Positions 17,802 through 27,893 of a stretch of 64,000 bases of DNA are shown here, one piece after another. The position numbers and the translations under genes were made by a program. This stretch comes from Patescibacteria group bacterium (GTDB lineage: Bacteria > Patescibacteriota > Patescibacteriia > Magasanikbacterales > GWA2-37-8): assembly GCA_004321885.1 (NCBI GenBank), contig SCQK01000007.1, positions 64,001 to 128,000 of the forward strand, written 5' to 3'. Numbering within the stretch: the first letter of the stretch is position 1; every line of letters begins with the position of its first letter. The notes below the pieces were generated by a model, which made no database searches, had not been told where the DNA came from, and was given only the letters and a program-made list of their open reading frames with translations.

Positions 17802-19649
17802 TTATTTTCTCTTTCGCGATTTCGGCTTTTTAGGAGGCGTTTGAACTTTAATATTATCTAACAATTGCCTCTTGGCTTCCGCGGAAAATAATTTTAACAT
17901 CTTAATAATTGCACCAATGCCCTCCGGCGGGCTCAATTGCGATACGCGCAGTATTAAACTGTCGTCGGCCTTGCCCAATAATTTTTCCAGGTATTCTTCC
18001 AAAACATAACGCTGGTTGTCTATGGTAATTTCCCCGGCCACTCCTTTTTCAAAATAAATCTCGGCCGCTTGCGCCGCATCATCGCCGAATAGCTTATTGA
18101 ATAGCCCGGTAAAATTTGTTAGCAGCTCATGGGATAAACTTTTAATTTCTTCTTCGCCTGCCTGTTCCTCGCCTTCTTCTCCCTCCTCCAACGCCTCTCT
18201 GGCCTGCTCCTCATCAGTGGCGCCCTTATGTTCCACCATGGCCGCCGCGTCCTTAATATCTCCCATTTTTACCCTCGCGTTTAAATAGGCGACGAGCTCT
18301 TTAATGTTATAAAAATATTGTTCTTCCACCGGAAAGCCTTCTCTTTCTTTTTTCAAATTCCTGCATCTTATCTTTAAGCATATTTTTTTATTCCCCCAGT
18401 CAAATCTCTCGTTGATCGCTTCGCCAGCAGTGAAAAAATCAGTGCCAGCGGCCTTGGCCAAGCACATCAGCCAATCGCGCGGATTATTGTATAAAAAAGG
18501 CGCGATAATATCCGTAAATATTTTATCATCGGCTTCATCCTGCTCAAGACCATAGCCCCTTATATCTCTTAAGGCTTCGTCATACGTGCTGTGCAGGCCT
18601 TGATAAATCTGACCGCGACGATTATTTCCAATGTCAATGATACGATAATCTTCTTTCGGGCCGTTTGTCCCGTCTTCCTTCGGCCTTTCCAATTTTTGCG
18701 TATAAACGACAAAATTTTCCTTTGGCCCCAGGGCCACGGCCGCGTTCTGAGTGCGGGCGAGGGTTCTCTCATGCTGTCTTTCGTTGGAAATATTTTTCCT
18801 GTGCATTTGCAATAATGGCAATTCAAATTCCACCGTGGTGCCGGTATATTCGTTAAATTTCCCTATCTCGTGCACGTGGCCTTCGGCCAAAAATGGAATG
18901 CCTTTTTTTCTAAGATCGGTCCGAGCATCATTTTTGGACATGGTCTCGCAAACCGGCAGCCATAAAAATTCAGCCGCTCCGTTCACCTTGGTTTCTCCGC
19001 TGGCAAGAAATAACGTATGCGAAGCATTTTCAATGTGGTGCTTATCCAAAGCGCTATCGCGCAAGCCGCCAATGTACTGAAAGCCAATCTGATTTGCCCT
19101 GATTTTATCCAGATACCCCTGTGTATCAAAATCAACCAAAGTGTCAAGCGGACATTTTTCGCGCAGGTCAATCGGCCCTTTTTTTGATTGCACGACGAGC
19201 TCTTCACCGTTAAAATATTTTTCTATTAGCGTCTGGTCGTTAATCTTGTTCAGTCCAAGCATTCTATTCATTTCTCTTATGCACGCAAGCTGGGCCAATT
19301 GGCGCAGGTCTGCTTTTAGCTTTTTGCCCGCGACCTCAATCTTTACCGTCATTTCAGCTTTGTCGGCAATGCCTTGATATATATCCGCGGGGTTGTAGCC
19401 GCCGCGCCAGATTTCGTTCGCTTCTAAAAAGTCGCGCATGCGATGGTGCTCCACCAAAAAATCCGAATCATAGCCGGTCATTGATAATAATTCAACATCA
19501 GCCACTTTCGCCGTATCCGAGGTGGCGTTTTTCCAGCCTATTTTTTCGCCCAACTTATGATAAATATGGTCCATGATGGAACCGGTTTTCCCTTCCGATG
19601 CCGGGCGCTGTTTTTTTTCAACTTCTGGGTTATGTATTTCGCTAGCCAT
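17802..19649 (-). CDS. hypothetical protein with acidic C-terminal tail
   Basis: 615 aa; EGHVHE His cluster; Glu-rich tail; no confident domain call. Confidence 0.5.
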   Translation of the reverse strand: MASEIHNPEVEKKQRPASEGKTGSIMDHIYHKLGEKIGWKNATSDTAKVADVELLSMTGYDSDFLVEHHRMRDFLEANEIWRGGYNPADIYQGIADKAEMTVKIEVAGKKLKADLRQLAQLACIREMNRMLGLNKINDQTLIEKYFNGEELVVQSKKGPIDLREKCPLDTLVDFDTQGYLDKIRANQIGFQYIGGLRDSALDKHHIENASHTLFLASGETKVNGAAEFLWLPVCETMSKNDARTDLRKKGIPFLAEGHVHEIGKFNEYTGTTVEFELPLLQMHRKNISNERQHERTLARTQNAAVALGPKENFVVYTQKLERPKEDGTNGPKEDYRIIDIGNNRRGQIYQGLHSTYDEALRDIRGYGLEQDEADDKIFTDIIAPFLYNNPRDWLMCLAKAAGTDFFTAGEAINERFDWGNKKICLKIRCRNLKKEREGFPVEEQYFYNIKELVAYLNARVKMGDIKDAAAMVEHKGATDEEQAREALEEGEEGEEQAGEEEIKSLSHELLTNFTGLFNKLFGDDAAQAAEIYFEKGVAGEITIDNQRYVLEEYLEKLLGKADDSLILRVSQLSPPEGIGAIIKMLKLFSAEAKRQLLDNIKVQTPPKKPKSRKRK

Positions 19650-19650
19650 A

Positions 19651-22600
19651 TTATGTTAATTTTTTCAATTGTTCGCTGTCCAATCCTCTAATTAGCTTGA
19701 ATAGCTCCTGAATGTTCTTGATTCCCTGATCCCTTAGCCCCTGATCGTTTTGGGCGTTATTACGGTGCTGAAGTTCAATTTTACTGGACTCCGTCACATT
19801 AAATTCTTTAATATGCCTGACCGCCTCGGCCCCAAGATTATATTTTTGCAAGAAACCTTTAATGGCGGCGGCTTGTTCGTTATTAAGCAACGTAGCGCTG
19901 GCCCGCATTGTTTTGCGCACGCTTTCAATTACTTGTTGCGCTTCTCCACCAAAAGTAGTAGCGACTTCCTGCGCCAGCATATTCATTGTGGCGTCATCAA
20001 TCCAACTTTGTTCAAATAAGCCTTTCAAAATTGTCTGGGCCACCATTTTATCTTCCCAGGTCTGCTTGCCTTTCCCTTTAAGTGTAACATGGTTCATATG
20101 CCCGCGATGCGCCTGGAGCAACTGGTCGTAATTCATGTCCTTGAAATTCTTGAAAAATCCTTCCACCACGGCTTCTTCGGCGGCGGTGTTTGGCACATCA
20201 ATGCCCATATTGCCCCAAATATTCGCTTGCCCGGCCTTAGAAATCATGTCCTGGCGCGTGCCGCGATACAAAGTGTATTGATGATCGCGCAAGGCCAGCT
20301 GATGAGCCGCGTAAAGAGCGGGGTTGGCCGCGCCAGCTTTTCCCCAAACCGCGCTTAATTGTCCGCGCGACTGGGTGAGCGATCCCGACAAAGACTTGCC
20401 GATTTCTTCGACATTAGCCGCCGATCCGGCTTGCCGGAGCTGGCCCAATATTTGCTGTAATACATTGATTTCGGTTTTGGCTAAAAAATTTTCATCCATT
20501 TGCTGTTTGCCAAAAAGGACCTTAAAATTATTTTCAAGAGCGGTACCTTTCGTTGAACTAAGAAATGCTTGCGCGGCTGTTGCGTCAATTTTGCCGCCGA
20601 CTTTAATTTTTTCCATTGCCTTTGTCAGAGTTTCCAAACTCGCGGCCAATTCCTGTATTTTTTGTTGATTGGCGCCGCCGCTAAAAATACCGGCCGCGCT
20701 TTCCATCCCCTTCAATTTATTTTCATCAGCTTCTATTTCAGATTCTAAATTTCCAATCTCGTCAGCCAGCCTAACCCCTCTTTCAGTTTCATCGTCCGTC
20801 GGATTCGCTTTATTATTCAATACACCATACTCTCTTTTCATTTCTTCTAATGCACTCTTTTTAGAATCCAGACCAGTTCTCATTCCTTCAGCTTTTTCCC
20901 CGGCCGCCAACGCGGAAGCCACGCCCTGCAAAGATTGAATTCGCGTTTCGATGGGAGCCGATTCCGCTTCCAGCTTTCCCTTCCCTTTTTCATTTAACGC
21001 GCTTTGCGCGGCCAAAAGATTCTTCTCCTCTTCCGAACTTAATCCTTCTTGTTCAGACTTACTGCGCGCCAAGGCGCTAACATATTGTTCGCCCTGACTG
21101 GTATTTATCAGCCCGCCCCTAACGCTCGCTTCAATAAATTTAATCAGCTCCTCGGCAATTTGCCCGCCCAGTTCGCCCATTTTTTTAGCTTCCACTGTGT
21201 GCCGAAATCTTTGGAAAAACGCCGCCCTATTTCTCTTCGCTCCCATTTCTTCCAACCCGATTTCCGCCTCGGCCCGCGCTTTATGCGCCTGAATTTGTTC
21301 GCTGACTGTTCCCAAACCATATTTGTCTTTTTCACCAATTTGGAATTCGCCGTTCTTAAATCGCGCATTGCCTTTCACCGCGCGGCGGCCGTATGCCTTG
21401 TATTCGGTGGTTTTTTCTTCCGAACGCGCTTGTTCTGCCTCAAGCATGCCCTTTTCTATGCGATCCAACGCGTTAATGGACGGCCCTTCAAAGGCCTGAA
21501 ATAAATATTTTGGATCGGCGCTGATTCTTTTGTCCATCAATTCTTCGCGCACCTTGGCGAACTCCTGCACTCTCTTCAATTGTTTCCGGCTGCGCAAAAG
21601 CTTTTCGTGCCTCCCATGGAAGAAACGCTGAAACGGACCGCGACCCTCGTCAACGACCTGCTCTGTGTACCATTCATCCCCCTCTCGCACAAGCTTCGCG
21701 CCTTTTTTAATATCGGCCGCGGCCGCTTTTTTCGCCTCCTCTTCTGTCGCCACGGCTACTCCGCTTTTGTCGGTAATAAGATTTTTTTTCTTCTTAAAAT
21801 CATACTTCATCTGCGTTATCGCCTTACCATTCTCATCATATAATTTTCCGCTCTCATCGGCTGTTACACGAGCATTTTGTTCATCTTCGGTCAAAGCGTC
21901 TTTAGAATCTACTATTTTATTATTCTCGTCACGCTTAACTTTATGCCATGCTTTGCTTTTTTCGTCATATTCCATCTTATAACCCATCAATTCTTCATTT
22001 CTGGACAACCTGGATTTAATGTTCAATTCTTCCTCCTTCGTTTCCAACCGCGGCCCGCCGGCACGCCAGGCTCGCCAGCCCTCCACAATTGACCTTTGCA
22101 AATCGCCTTTGATTCTTTCAACTCTATTAGCCAATAAACCCTGATACAATCCTTTTCCTGTTAATTTTGCCAAACCAATCCCCGCTTTCTTAGCCCCCTC
22201 AACCCCCTTTTTCGCCGCCCAGCGCGCCGCGGTGTACCCGCTCGCCACCGCCGCCACCTTCTTGCCGAAGTCCGTCACTTTGCCCATCATGGCCCCGCCG
22301 GTTACGCCCAGCGCCTGGGTCACTTTCGCCCCAATCAAAAGCATGCCAATGGCAATGGCGAAGTTGGCCATGGCCGGCCATGTCATTGCCGCCGTAATTC
22401 CGGCGCTCTGGCCGCCAACTTTAATGTTTGACGCGCCCGCTGATTCAATGCCCTCATCGGTAATTTGAACCGGAACCGAATTATTGCTGGGGTCAGCTAT
22501 CTCTTTGCTTACTGTCCCGGACCCCACCACGGCAAAAGACAACCAAAGAAAAAACGCCAAAATCGGCCCGACAATCACGTGATTGCCAAACTCGGTCCAC

Positions 22601-23415
22601 CACTGGCTGGCGTATTTTTGCGTTTGCGGTATGACATTCAAAACAAAAGCCAAAGGGGATAAAATGATAAGCACCCAAAGCACAATCATACGCGCCAAAA
22701 GAATCACCAGATAAACACCCATGGTCACCATAGCCATCCCCGCAAAAGCGACTGCGGCAACCGAAGCCATAAATATGCCGGACATCTTGTAATTCTCCGG
22801 TTGCGTGCCGCCGGCAAATCTTTGTATATCATTAAAATTGAAGGCGTTTATAAGATTGCCGCCGGCCGTGGCCGCCACGCCATTGATAAAAGTTATCATC
22901 ACCACCTGGGCCAGGTCTATAATCAACCCGGCAATGGTGCGGCTGAAATTTACAAGTATCGCGGCAAACAATAATTTCACCAGTAATTTTTTGTATTCAT
23001 ATTGCTCTATGCCCAAAATTGTGCCAAAGGCGATAACGAGCAGGATAATTACAAAAAACATGTTGGTAACATCGCGCACCAACACCCACCCAGTAGTTAC
23101 CGCCGTTGAATCTATAAATCCATTGTATCCCCCAATTTGAATGGTAAAACGCAGAATGAAAATTGTAATCTTCATGAACAACGCCGCCATCCACATGGTA
23201 AAAGTAGTGCCGGCGCTCATTATGGCATCAAAAAATCCATCAGCCTGCGCCACTTCGGCGCCCATCACCCACATCAACAAAACAGTCGTGGCCACCATCA
23301 CAAACGAAACCATGCCCAACTTCCTGCTGGGTTTCAAAAATCGCAAAACAGCGCTCGCGGCCGCGCGCGCTTTTACGCAAACTTTACTCGCCTTTTTCCA
23401 AAGGGAGACAAGCAT
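19651..23415 (-). CDS. VirB6/TrbL-like polytopic membrane protein with a roughly 900-aa charged coiled-coil C-terminal extension
   Basis: about 380-aa N-terminal multi-TM domain, then a Lys/Glu-rich low-complexity region; context with VirB4 and PrgI. Confidence 0.55.
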   Translation of the reverse strand: MLVSLWKKASKVCVKARAAASAVLRFLKPSRKLGMVSFVMVATTVLLMWVMGAEVAQADGFFDAIMSAGTTFTMWMAALFMKITIFILRFTIQIGGYNGFIDSTAVTTGWVLVRDVTNMFFVIILLVIAFGTILGIEQYEYKKLLVKLLFAAILVNFSRTIAGLIIDLAQVVMITFINGVAATAGGNLINAFNFNDIQRFAGGTQPENYKMSGIFMASVAAVAFAGMAMVTMGVYLVILLARMIVLWVLIILSPLAFVLNVIPQTQKYASQWWTEFGNHVIVGPILAFFLWLSFAVVGSGTVSKEIADPSNNSVPVQITDEGIESAGASNIKVGGQSAGITAAMTWPAMANFAIAIGMLLIGAKVTQALGVTGGAMMGKVTDFGKKVAAVASGYTAARWAAKKGVEGAKKAGIGLAKLTGKGLYQGLLANRVERIKGDLQRSIVEGWRAWRAGGPRLETKEEELNIKSRLSRNEELMGYKMEYDEKSKAWHKVKRDENNKIVDSKDALTEDEQNARVTADESGKLYDENGKAITQMKYDFKKKKNLITDKSGVAVATEEEAKKAAAADIKKGAKLVREGDEWYTEQVVDEGRGPFQRFFHGRHEKLLRSRKQLKRVQEFAKVREELMDKRISADPKYLFQAFEGPSINALDRIEKGMLEAEQARSEEKTTEYKAYGRRAVKGNARFKNGEFQIGEKDKYGLGTVSEQIQAHKARAEAEIGLEEMGAKRNRAAFFQRFRHTVEAKKMGELGGQIAEELIKFIEASVRGGLINTSQGEQYVSALARSKSEQEGLSSEEEKNLLAAQSALNEKGKGKLEAESAPIETRIQSLQGVASALAAGEKAEGMRTGLDSKKSALEEMKREYGVLNNKANPTDDETERGVRLADEIGNLESEIEADENKLKGMESAAGIFSGGANQQKIQELAASLETLTKAMEKIKVGGKIDATAAQAFLSSTKGTALENNFKVLFGKQQMDENFLAKTEINVLQQILGQLRQAGSAANVEEIGKSLSGSLTQSRGQLSAVWGKAGAANPALYAAHQLALRDHQYTLYRGTRQDMISKAGQANIWGNMGIDVPNTAAEEAVVEGFFKNFKDMNYDQLLQAHRGHMNHVTLKGKGKQTWEDKMVAQTILKGLFEQSWIDDATMNMLAQEVATTFGGEAQQVIESVRKTMRASATLLNNEQAAAIKGFLQKYNLGAEAVRHIKEFNVTESSKIELQHRNNAQNDQGLRDQGIKNIQELFKLIRGLDSEQLKKLT

Positions 23416-23428
23416 TCCAGTGTGATTA

Positions 23429-23791
23429 TTATGCGACTATATTATACCACAAAAAAAGCTCCGTAACAACGAAGCTGGGGATAAAAATACACGGGAAGCA
23501 GCCCGAGAGCTGAATGGGAGACGAGCCGTCGTTCCAGTCAATCTTTACATCTCGTATGGGCATCTGGTTCATGTCGGCATAAGCGTAAAATTTGAGGGTA
23601 ACGCGGGAGGGAGAGACGGGTATTGTTACGTCAGCGCTGGTTTTGTCGTTGATGGTGAGGCCTTCGGCGCCCTCAAAACAGATGCCGTTCCGGCAATTTA
23701 CCGCATCCAAGCTGTATACATTGTTTAATTTGGCAAACAAATAATTCAAATCGTTAAACAACCCTTTTTCCACCTGGCACTGGCTTTGCAC
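23429..23791 (-). pseudogene. orphan fragment of the giant-protein 3' region
   Basis: 120 aa; 23520-23700 is about 95% identical at nucleotide level to 27040-27240 and about 85% to 29285-29450. Confidence 0.6.
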
Positions 23792-23885
23792 GCAGAGGTT
23801 GTTTCTACAAATACCGGTGATGATGTCACGATCGGATTTGCTTTTTTGAAAAAATAATGTATAGTATAATTACTGTTAAAATTTT

Positions 23886-24284
23886 ATGACTGATTTAGCC
23901 AGGCAACTGGAATTTTGGCTTTCGTCGGCCTCAAAAAATTGGCAGACCGCACTTTCTCTGTATAAATTAGGCCATTATGACATGTGCTTATTTTGCTGTC
24001 ATTTGACTTTAGAGAAAAAACTTAAAGCTATTATTGTCTACCTATTGAAAAAAGTACCACCGCCGATTCACGATTTAAATCGTTTAGCGCAAATCGCGGG
24101 GTTAAATGTTTCTCTCACACAACAAGAACAGCTTAATGAAATAACGAAATTTAATATCCAAGCCCGTTACGATGATATAAAATTGGCTTTTTACAAAAAA
24201 GCTACCAAATTATTCGCAAAAAAATATTTGGAAATAACACAAGAATTAATTTTATGGCTGGAAAAAAAATCGGGCGAGAAGTAA
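23886..24284 (+). CDS. HEPN-domain protein (TA-like partner of MNT)
   Basis: 132 aa alpha-helical; overlaps the downstream nucleotidyltransferase by 31 nt. Confidence 0.55.
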   Translation: MTDLARQLEFWLSSASKNWQTALSLYKLGHYDMCLFCCHLTLEKKLKAIIVYLLKKVPPPIHDLNRLAQIAGLNVSLTQQEQLNEITKFNIQARYDDIKLAFYKKATKLFAKKYLEITQELILWLEKKSGEK

Positions 24285-24592
24285 TGGAAAAAGTCGGTAA
24301 ATTAAAAAAATCTATTGAAGCGGACGGCATAAAAGTGCACAGTATATTTGTGTATGGCTCGTATGCGAAAGGGAATGCGCACAAATGGAGCGACATAGAT
24401 GTTTGTGTCGTTTCAAAAAATTTTGGGACAAAAATTAAAGAGCCGCAGAATTATTTATGGTCTAAGCGCGTAGTTTTACACGATTATTCTTTAGAACCGA
24501 TTGGATTTAGCTATAAAGATTTTAGATTTAGTAATTCACCTTTAATTAGCGAGGTACGTCGTACTGGCGTAAATATCGGCGATAAGGTATGA
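24254..24592 (+). CDS. minimal nucleotidyltransferase (MNT)
   Basis: VYGSYAKGNAHKWSDIDVCV (GS-x9-DxD). Confidence 0.7.
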   Translation: MAGKKIGREVMEKVGKLKKSIEADGIKVHSIFVYGSYAKGNAHKWSDIDVCVVSKNFGTKIKEPQNYLWSKRVVLHDYSLEPIGFSYKDFRFSNSPLISEVRRTGVNIGDKV

Positions 24593-24713
24593 ATCAACAA
24601 TTCTTGCGCCAGGTAATGATTGGCAGGGGCGACGGCTCGACACCGGTTCAACTTGACGGCTGCTTCCTCAATCATCTGTGGAAATTTATCCACCGAAATT
24701 ATGTATAGGCTAA

Positions 24714-24950
24714 GATACTCCCAAAATTCACAACCTCGTCAGACTTTTATTTTTGACGGAACTCCACATACCGCAGTATATCAAGTGTCAAATTGAGGAT
24801 TTAAATCCGCATTATCTTATACCTCGTTATCCTGATTTGGAATTCAAACCAAAATTTAGTTTTACCCACAACGAAAAGAACGCGAAAAAAATAATTAATT
24901 CCGCCGAAAAAATTGTAGTATGTCTAAAAAGCAAGTTAGAAAGATACTAA
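24714..24950 (+). pseudogene. degraded HEPN-like remnant paired with the second MNT
   Basis: only a short ORF with a non-ATG start; same 31-nt overlap geometry with the next MNT; resembles the C-terminal half of HEPN. Confidence 0.3.
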
Positions 24951-25249
24951 CAAAATTTGAAAATGAATTATCCAAAAAAATCAAAGTGGATAATATTTTT
25001 ATTTTTGGCAGCGCTGCCAGAGGCGAAATGACCAGAGACAGTGACTTGGATTTAATTGTCATTTCCAACAATTTCGACAAAATGGACTTCATGAAACGGT
25101 TGCAATTATTGTCGCGGGCCAGCGCGTGCTGCGCCGACAAGATTGCGATGGACGTGGTTGGATACACAATCAAAGAATTTAGGGACATGGACAAAGTTGA
25201 ATCGTTATCCTTAAAGAGAATCATGCGCGAAGGATATTTTGTGCGATGA
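24920..25249 (+). CDS. minimal nucleotidyltransferase (MNT), second copy
   Basis: IFGSAARGEMTRDSDLDL motif. Confidence 0.7.
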   Translation: MSKKQVRKILTKFENELSKKIKVDNIFIFGSAARGEMTRDSDLDLIVISNNFDKMDFMKRLQLLSRASACCADKIAMDVVGYTIKEFRDMDKVESLSLKRIMREGYFVR

Positions 25250-25327
25250 GATAAGTTGTGAAACTCATTAAAAAACTTATCCACTCTTTTTTCTTGACAC
25301 CGCTTGGCTAAAAATGCGACAATACCC

Positions 25328-25356
25328 TTGACAAAAGGGTGTTTTTGTGTTATGTT
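25328..25356 (+). promoter_or_regulatory. sigma70-like promoter of the lipoprotein module
   Basis: TTGACA-17nt-TATGTT; mirrored at 28574-28602 on the minus strand. Confidence 0.45.
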
Positions 25357-25433
25357 GTATGGTTCTTTCACAAAGTGCTAAGTAGGCCAGTATATGGCCT
25401 GGTTAGCCACAAAAGAAGGTTTGGGTAAAGAGT

Positions 25434-25572
25434 GTCATTGCGAGAAGGGAGCGTAAGCGACCGACGCCTGTCCGCCTCTGGCGGAAAGCAATCCCAGTCA
25501 ATTACGAAAGGCCTGCCTGTCGGCAGGCAGGGATTGCCGCGTCGCTCACTGCGTTCGCTCCTCGCAATGACA
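25434..25572. repeat. family-A palindromic element (GTCATTGCGAG...GCAATCCC...GGGATTGC...CTCGCAATGACA) in the 5' leader
   Basis: 139-bp near-perfect inverted repeat; copies at 28358-28496, 36856-36937, 51831-51911, 52934-53009 and 54239-54314. Confidence 0.8.
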
Positions 25573-25613
25573 AACAACGTTTTTCCCCGCTTCGGCGGGG
25601 AAGGAGAAAGTCC

Positions 25614-26009
25614 ATGCTGAAGAAATTGATCGCCACCCTCCTCTGCGTCGCGTTCGCGATGCTCGCCGCGTCCTGCGGCGATGATGGCAAGACCCCGCCC
25701 CCGTCCGACGCGCGGGTCTCGCCCGAACTCCGCGCGGACGGTTGTCCGCCCGGACGAAAAAGGGACAACGTGTCCGGCGAGTGCGTGCTCGCCGACGGGC
25801 TTGTGCCAGACACGAAGAAACCCACGCCGGATACGGGTGTGTGCCCCACACTGCCGAAGGAGGAGGTTGCGTGCAAATTGGGCAAAACCACTGTCGTCAG
25901 TTGCACACTGACAAAGTGGAAACCTGGTGGCTGTGTCGACGTGTGGTGCGCGTGCAACACCGACCCTGGTTGTAACGGGTGGTGGCGCCGCGCTGACTGC
26001 GGCCTCTAA
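25614..26009 (+). CDS. small Cys-rich lipoprotein (GC about 65%)
   Basis: signal peptide + lipobox LAASCG; 10 Cys; a paralogue at 27894-28316 on the minus strand. Confidence 0.6.
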   Translation: MLKKLIATLLCVAFAMLAASCGDDGKTPPPSDARVSPELRADGCPPGRKRDNVSGECVLADGLVPDTKKPTPDTGVCPTLPKEEVACKLGKTTVVSCTLTKWKPGGCVDVWCACNTDPGCNGWWRRADCGL

Positions 26010-26019
26010 CCTTCAAAAA

Positions 26020-26050
26020 CTGCACTGAGCAAGACGTTCGGTGCAGTAAA
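26020..26050 (+). terminator. possible terminator hairpin
   Basis: CTGCAC...GTGCAG stem followed by an A/T-rich tract; large loop. Confidence 0.3.
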
Positions 26051-26089
26051 AATTGTATTCTTTAAAAGAAGAACCTAAAAAGAAGAAAC

Positions 26090-26455
26090 TTACAAGACGA
26101 ACTTTAAAAGATTTTTTAATTCTTTTTCCTCTTCTATAAACTTTTTTTTCATCCTGCGAGCGGCGGCATAGCTGATTTGAAAGTCATTTTTTAATTGACG
26201 GGCGGTGTAATTTGAATCGCTTAAATAATTTTCAAACGCGGATAACCATTTTACCAAAGGTATTCTTGTCTTGTGGAATACTACCTCGGAGATGTCGGAA
26301 AATCTCCTTAAACAATTTTGACAAGTGTATTTTTTTATTTTCCTTTTATCTCTAATGGTGTAAACTCTCTTTGAGAAACAATCAGGACAAACCAGACCGC
26401 GAGGCCAATTCATTCTGCGCAGTGCCTGAAGGATTTGCGTTTCAGAATATATCAT
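26090..26455 (-). mobile_element. IS1595/ISXO2-family transposase N-terminal zinc-ribbon domain only (truncated remnant)
   Basis: WPRGLVCPDCFSKRVYTIRD...YTCQNCLRRFS...FHKTRIPLVKWLSAF matches the IS1595 Tnp N-domain; no DDE domain follows. Confidence 0.6.
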
Positions 26456-26456
26456 A

Positions 26457-27842
26457 TCATTTCGGAGCTACAATGATGGATTTGGGAGAGGAGCCGCCGA
26501 AGGGGGTCCAGGCACCACTATCTAAAGGAAAACATTCATCATCGTAAGTATTCCCGGTGATTTGTCTTCTATCATAACACCCCGTCTTCCCCGGGCTATT
26601 CGCGTCACCGCACACCCCATTACACCACCCCCAATTATCCTTGACCTGTACCTTGGGGGTGTATTTGCAACAGCCTTCTTTGAAAGCGAGGTCGGACGGG
26701 CATTGAGAAGCCGGAACAAAGTTGGCGCTGTCTTTGACGCACTGATAGGAATAGTCGGCGCGGAAGTACGCGTTGTCGCAGGTTTTGTCCACAATCTGGC
26801 CGAAGTTGGGGGCGATGTTTTCCGGCAGGCATTGGTCTATGTTTTTGCAGTCATTCACTGACTGGCACTCTTTGTTTGTTGGTTTCTCAGTACCATACAC
26901 TTCTTTGTGCGTCACGGTATTATAAGAAGCTGTTTTTATATAGCAATATTTCTTGGCGTTAAATTCCCCGCCAACGGATTGGAAATCGCATTTCGTGCCT
27001 GTGGTTTTGCCTCGGTGATTGCGGAAGTAGCCCGAGAGCTGAATGGGAGACGAACCATCGCCCCAGTCAATTTTTACATCTCGTATGGGCATCTGGTTCA
27101 TGTCGGCATAAGCGTAAAATTTGAGGGTAACGCGGGAGGGAGAGACCGGTATTTTCACGTCATCACTGGTTTTGTCGTTGATGGTGAGGCCTTCGGTGCC
27201 CTCAAAACAAATGCCATTCCGGCAATTTACCGCTAAAATTTTCGGAGCCAAAGCCGCAGAAGATTGCTCGGTCGCATTGAAAAGATTATTTTGCGAAGAA
27301 ACGCGCGCCTGATAAACTCCAGCCTCATCCAAGCTGTATACATTGTTTAATTTGGCAAACAAATAATTCAAATCGTTAAACATCCCTTTTTCTATCTGGC
27401 TGTCCGAAAGCTGGCTTAGCAGCGGAGGCGCCGGCCTGGAAAAATCAAGCGTGCCGTCCACGGCGCCGCTCGCGGTCTTGTTCGTCTGCCCGCCTGGATT
27501 GATATTTTTGGAACTGTAAGGCGCGCCGGTCACAGTTTGGCTGGTGTTTTGCTGGCGAGGGCCGTACAGTAATTTAATATCTTCCTTATCCGTTAAAGGA
27601 GGATTAGTGATATTTAGACTGCCAAACGGAGACATCAGGGTTTTGAAAATATAGTCGGCCAATTTATCCACACCTGTCGGCGAGGTATGCAAATTAACAG
27701 TAAAATTTCCGCCTTCCCAAATTCTGTTTGTTTTGGCCGTATTGGCCCTGTAAGCCGCGTCCGCGATTTGCATAAATTTTCTTAAAGTAGTATTGCGTAT
27801 TCTCTTGAAAAGAGAAGGGATTCTCTGCTCAAGGGAACGCAC
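26457..27842 (-). CDS. orphan paralogue of the C-terminal ~480 aa of the giant protein (possibly silent cassette)
   Basis: collinear with the giant protein C-terminus; 26560-26860 is about 90-95% nucleotide-identical to 28780-29060. Confidence 0.6.
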   Translation of the reverse strand: MRSLEQRIPSLFKRIRNTTLRKFMQIADAAYRANTAKTNRIWEGGNFTVNLHTSPTGVDKLADYIFKTLMSPFGSLNITNPPLTDKEDIKLLYGPRQQNTSQTVTGAPYSSKNINPGGQTNKTASGAVDGTLDFSRPAPPLLSQLSDSQIEKGMFNDLNYLFAKLNNVYSLDEAGVYQARVSSQNNLFNATEQSSAALAPKILAVNCRNGICFEGTEGLTINDKTSDDVKIPVSPSRVTLKFYAYADMNQMPIRDVKIDWGDGSSPIQLSGYFRNHRGKTTGTKCDFQSVGGEFNAKKYCYIKTASYNTVTHKEVYGTEKPTNKECQSVNDCKNIDQCLPENIAPNFGQIVDKTCDNAYFRADYSYQCVKDSANFVPASQCPSDLAFKEGCCKYTPKVQVKDNWGWCNGVCGDANSPGKTGCYDRRQITGNTYDDECFPLDSGAWTPFGGSSPKSIIVAPK

Positions 27843-27893
27843 CGCGAGGCGATGCGTGAGAAGGTTAGGATGGGTGGGCGAGGTGGGGCGACG

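Noticed and set aside
24895-25371. 158-aa minus-strand ORF
   Set aside because: It is antisense to the second MNT gene, which carries the canonical GSxARG...DxD motif.
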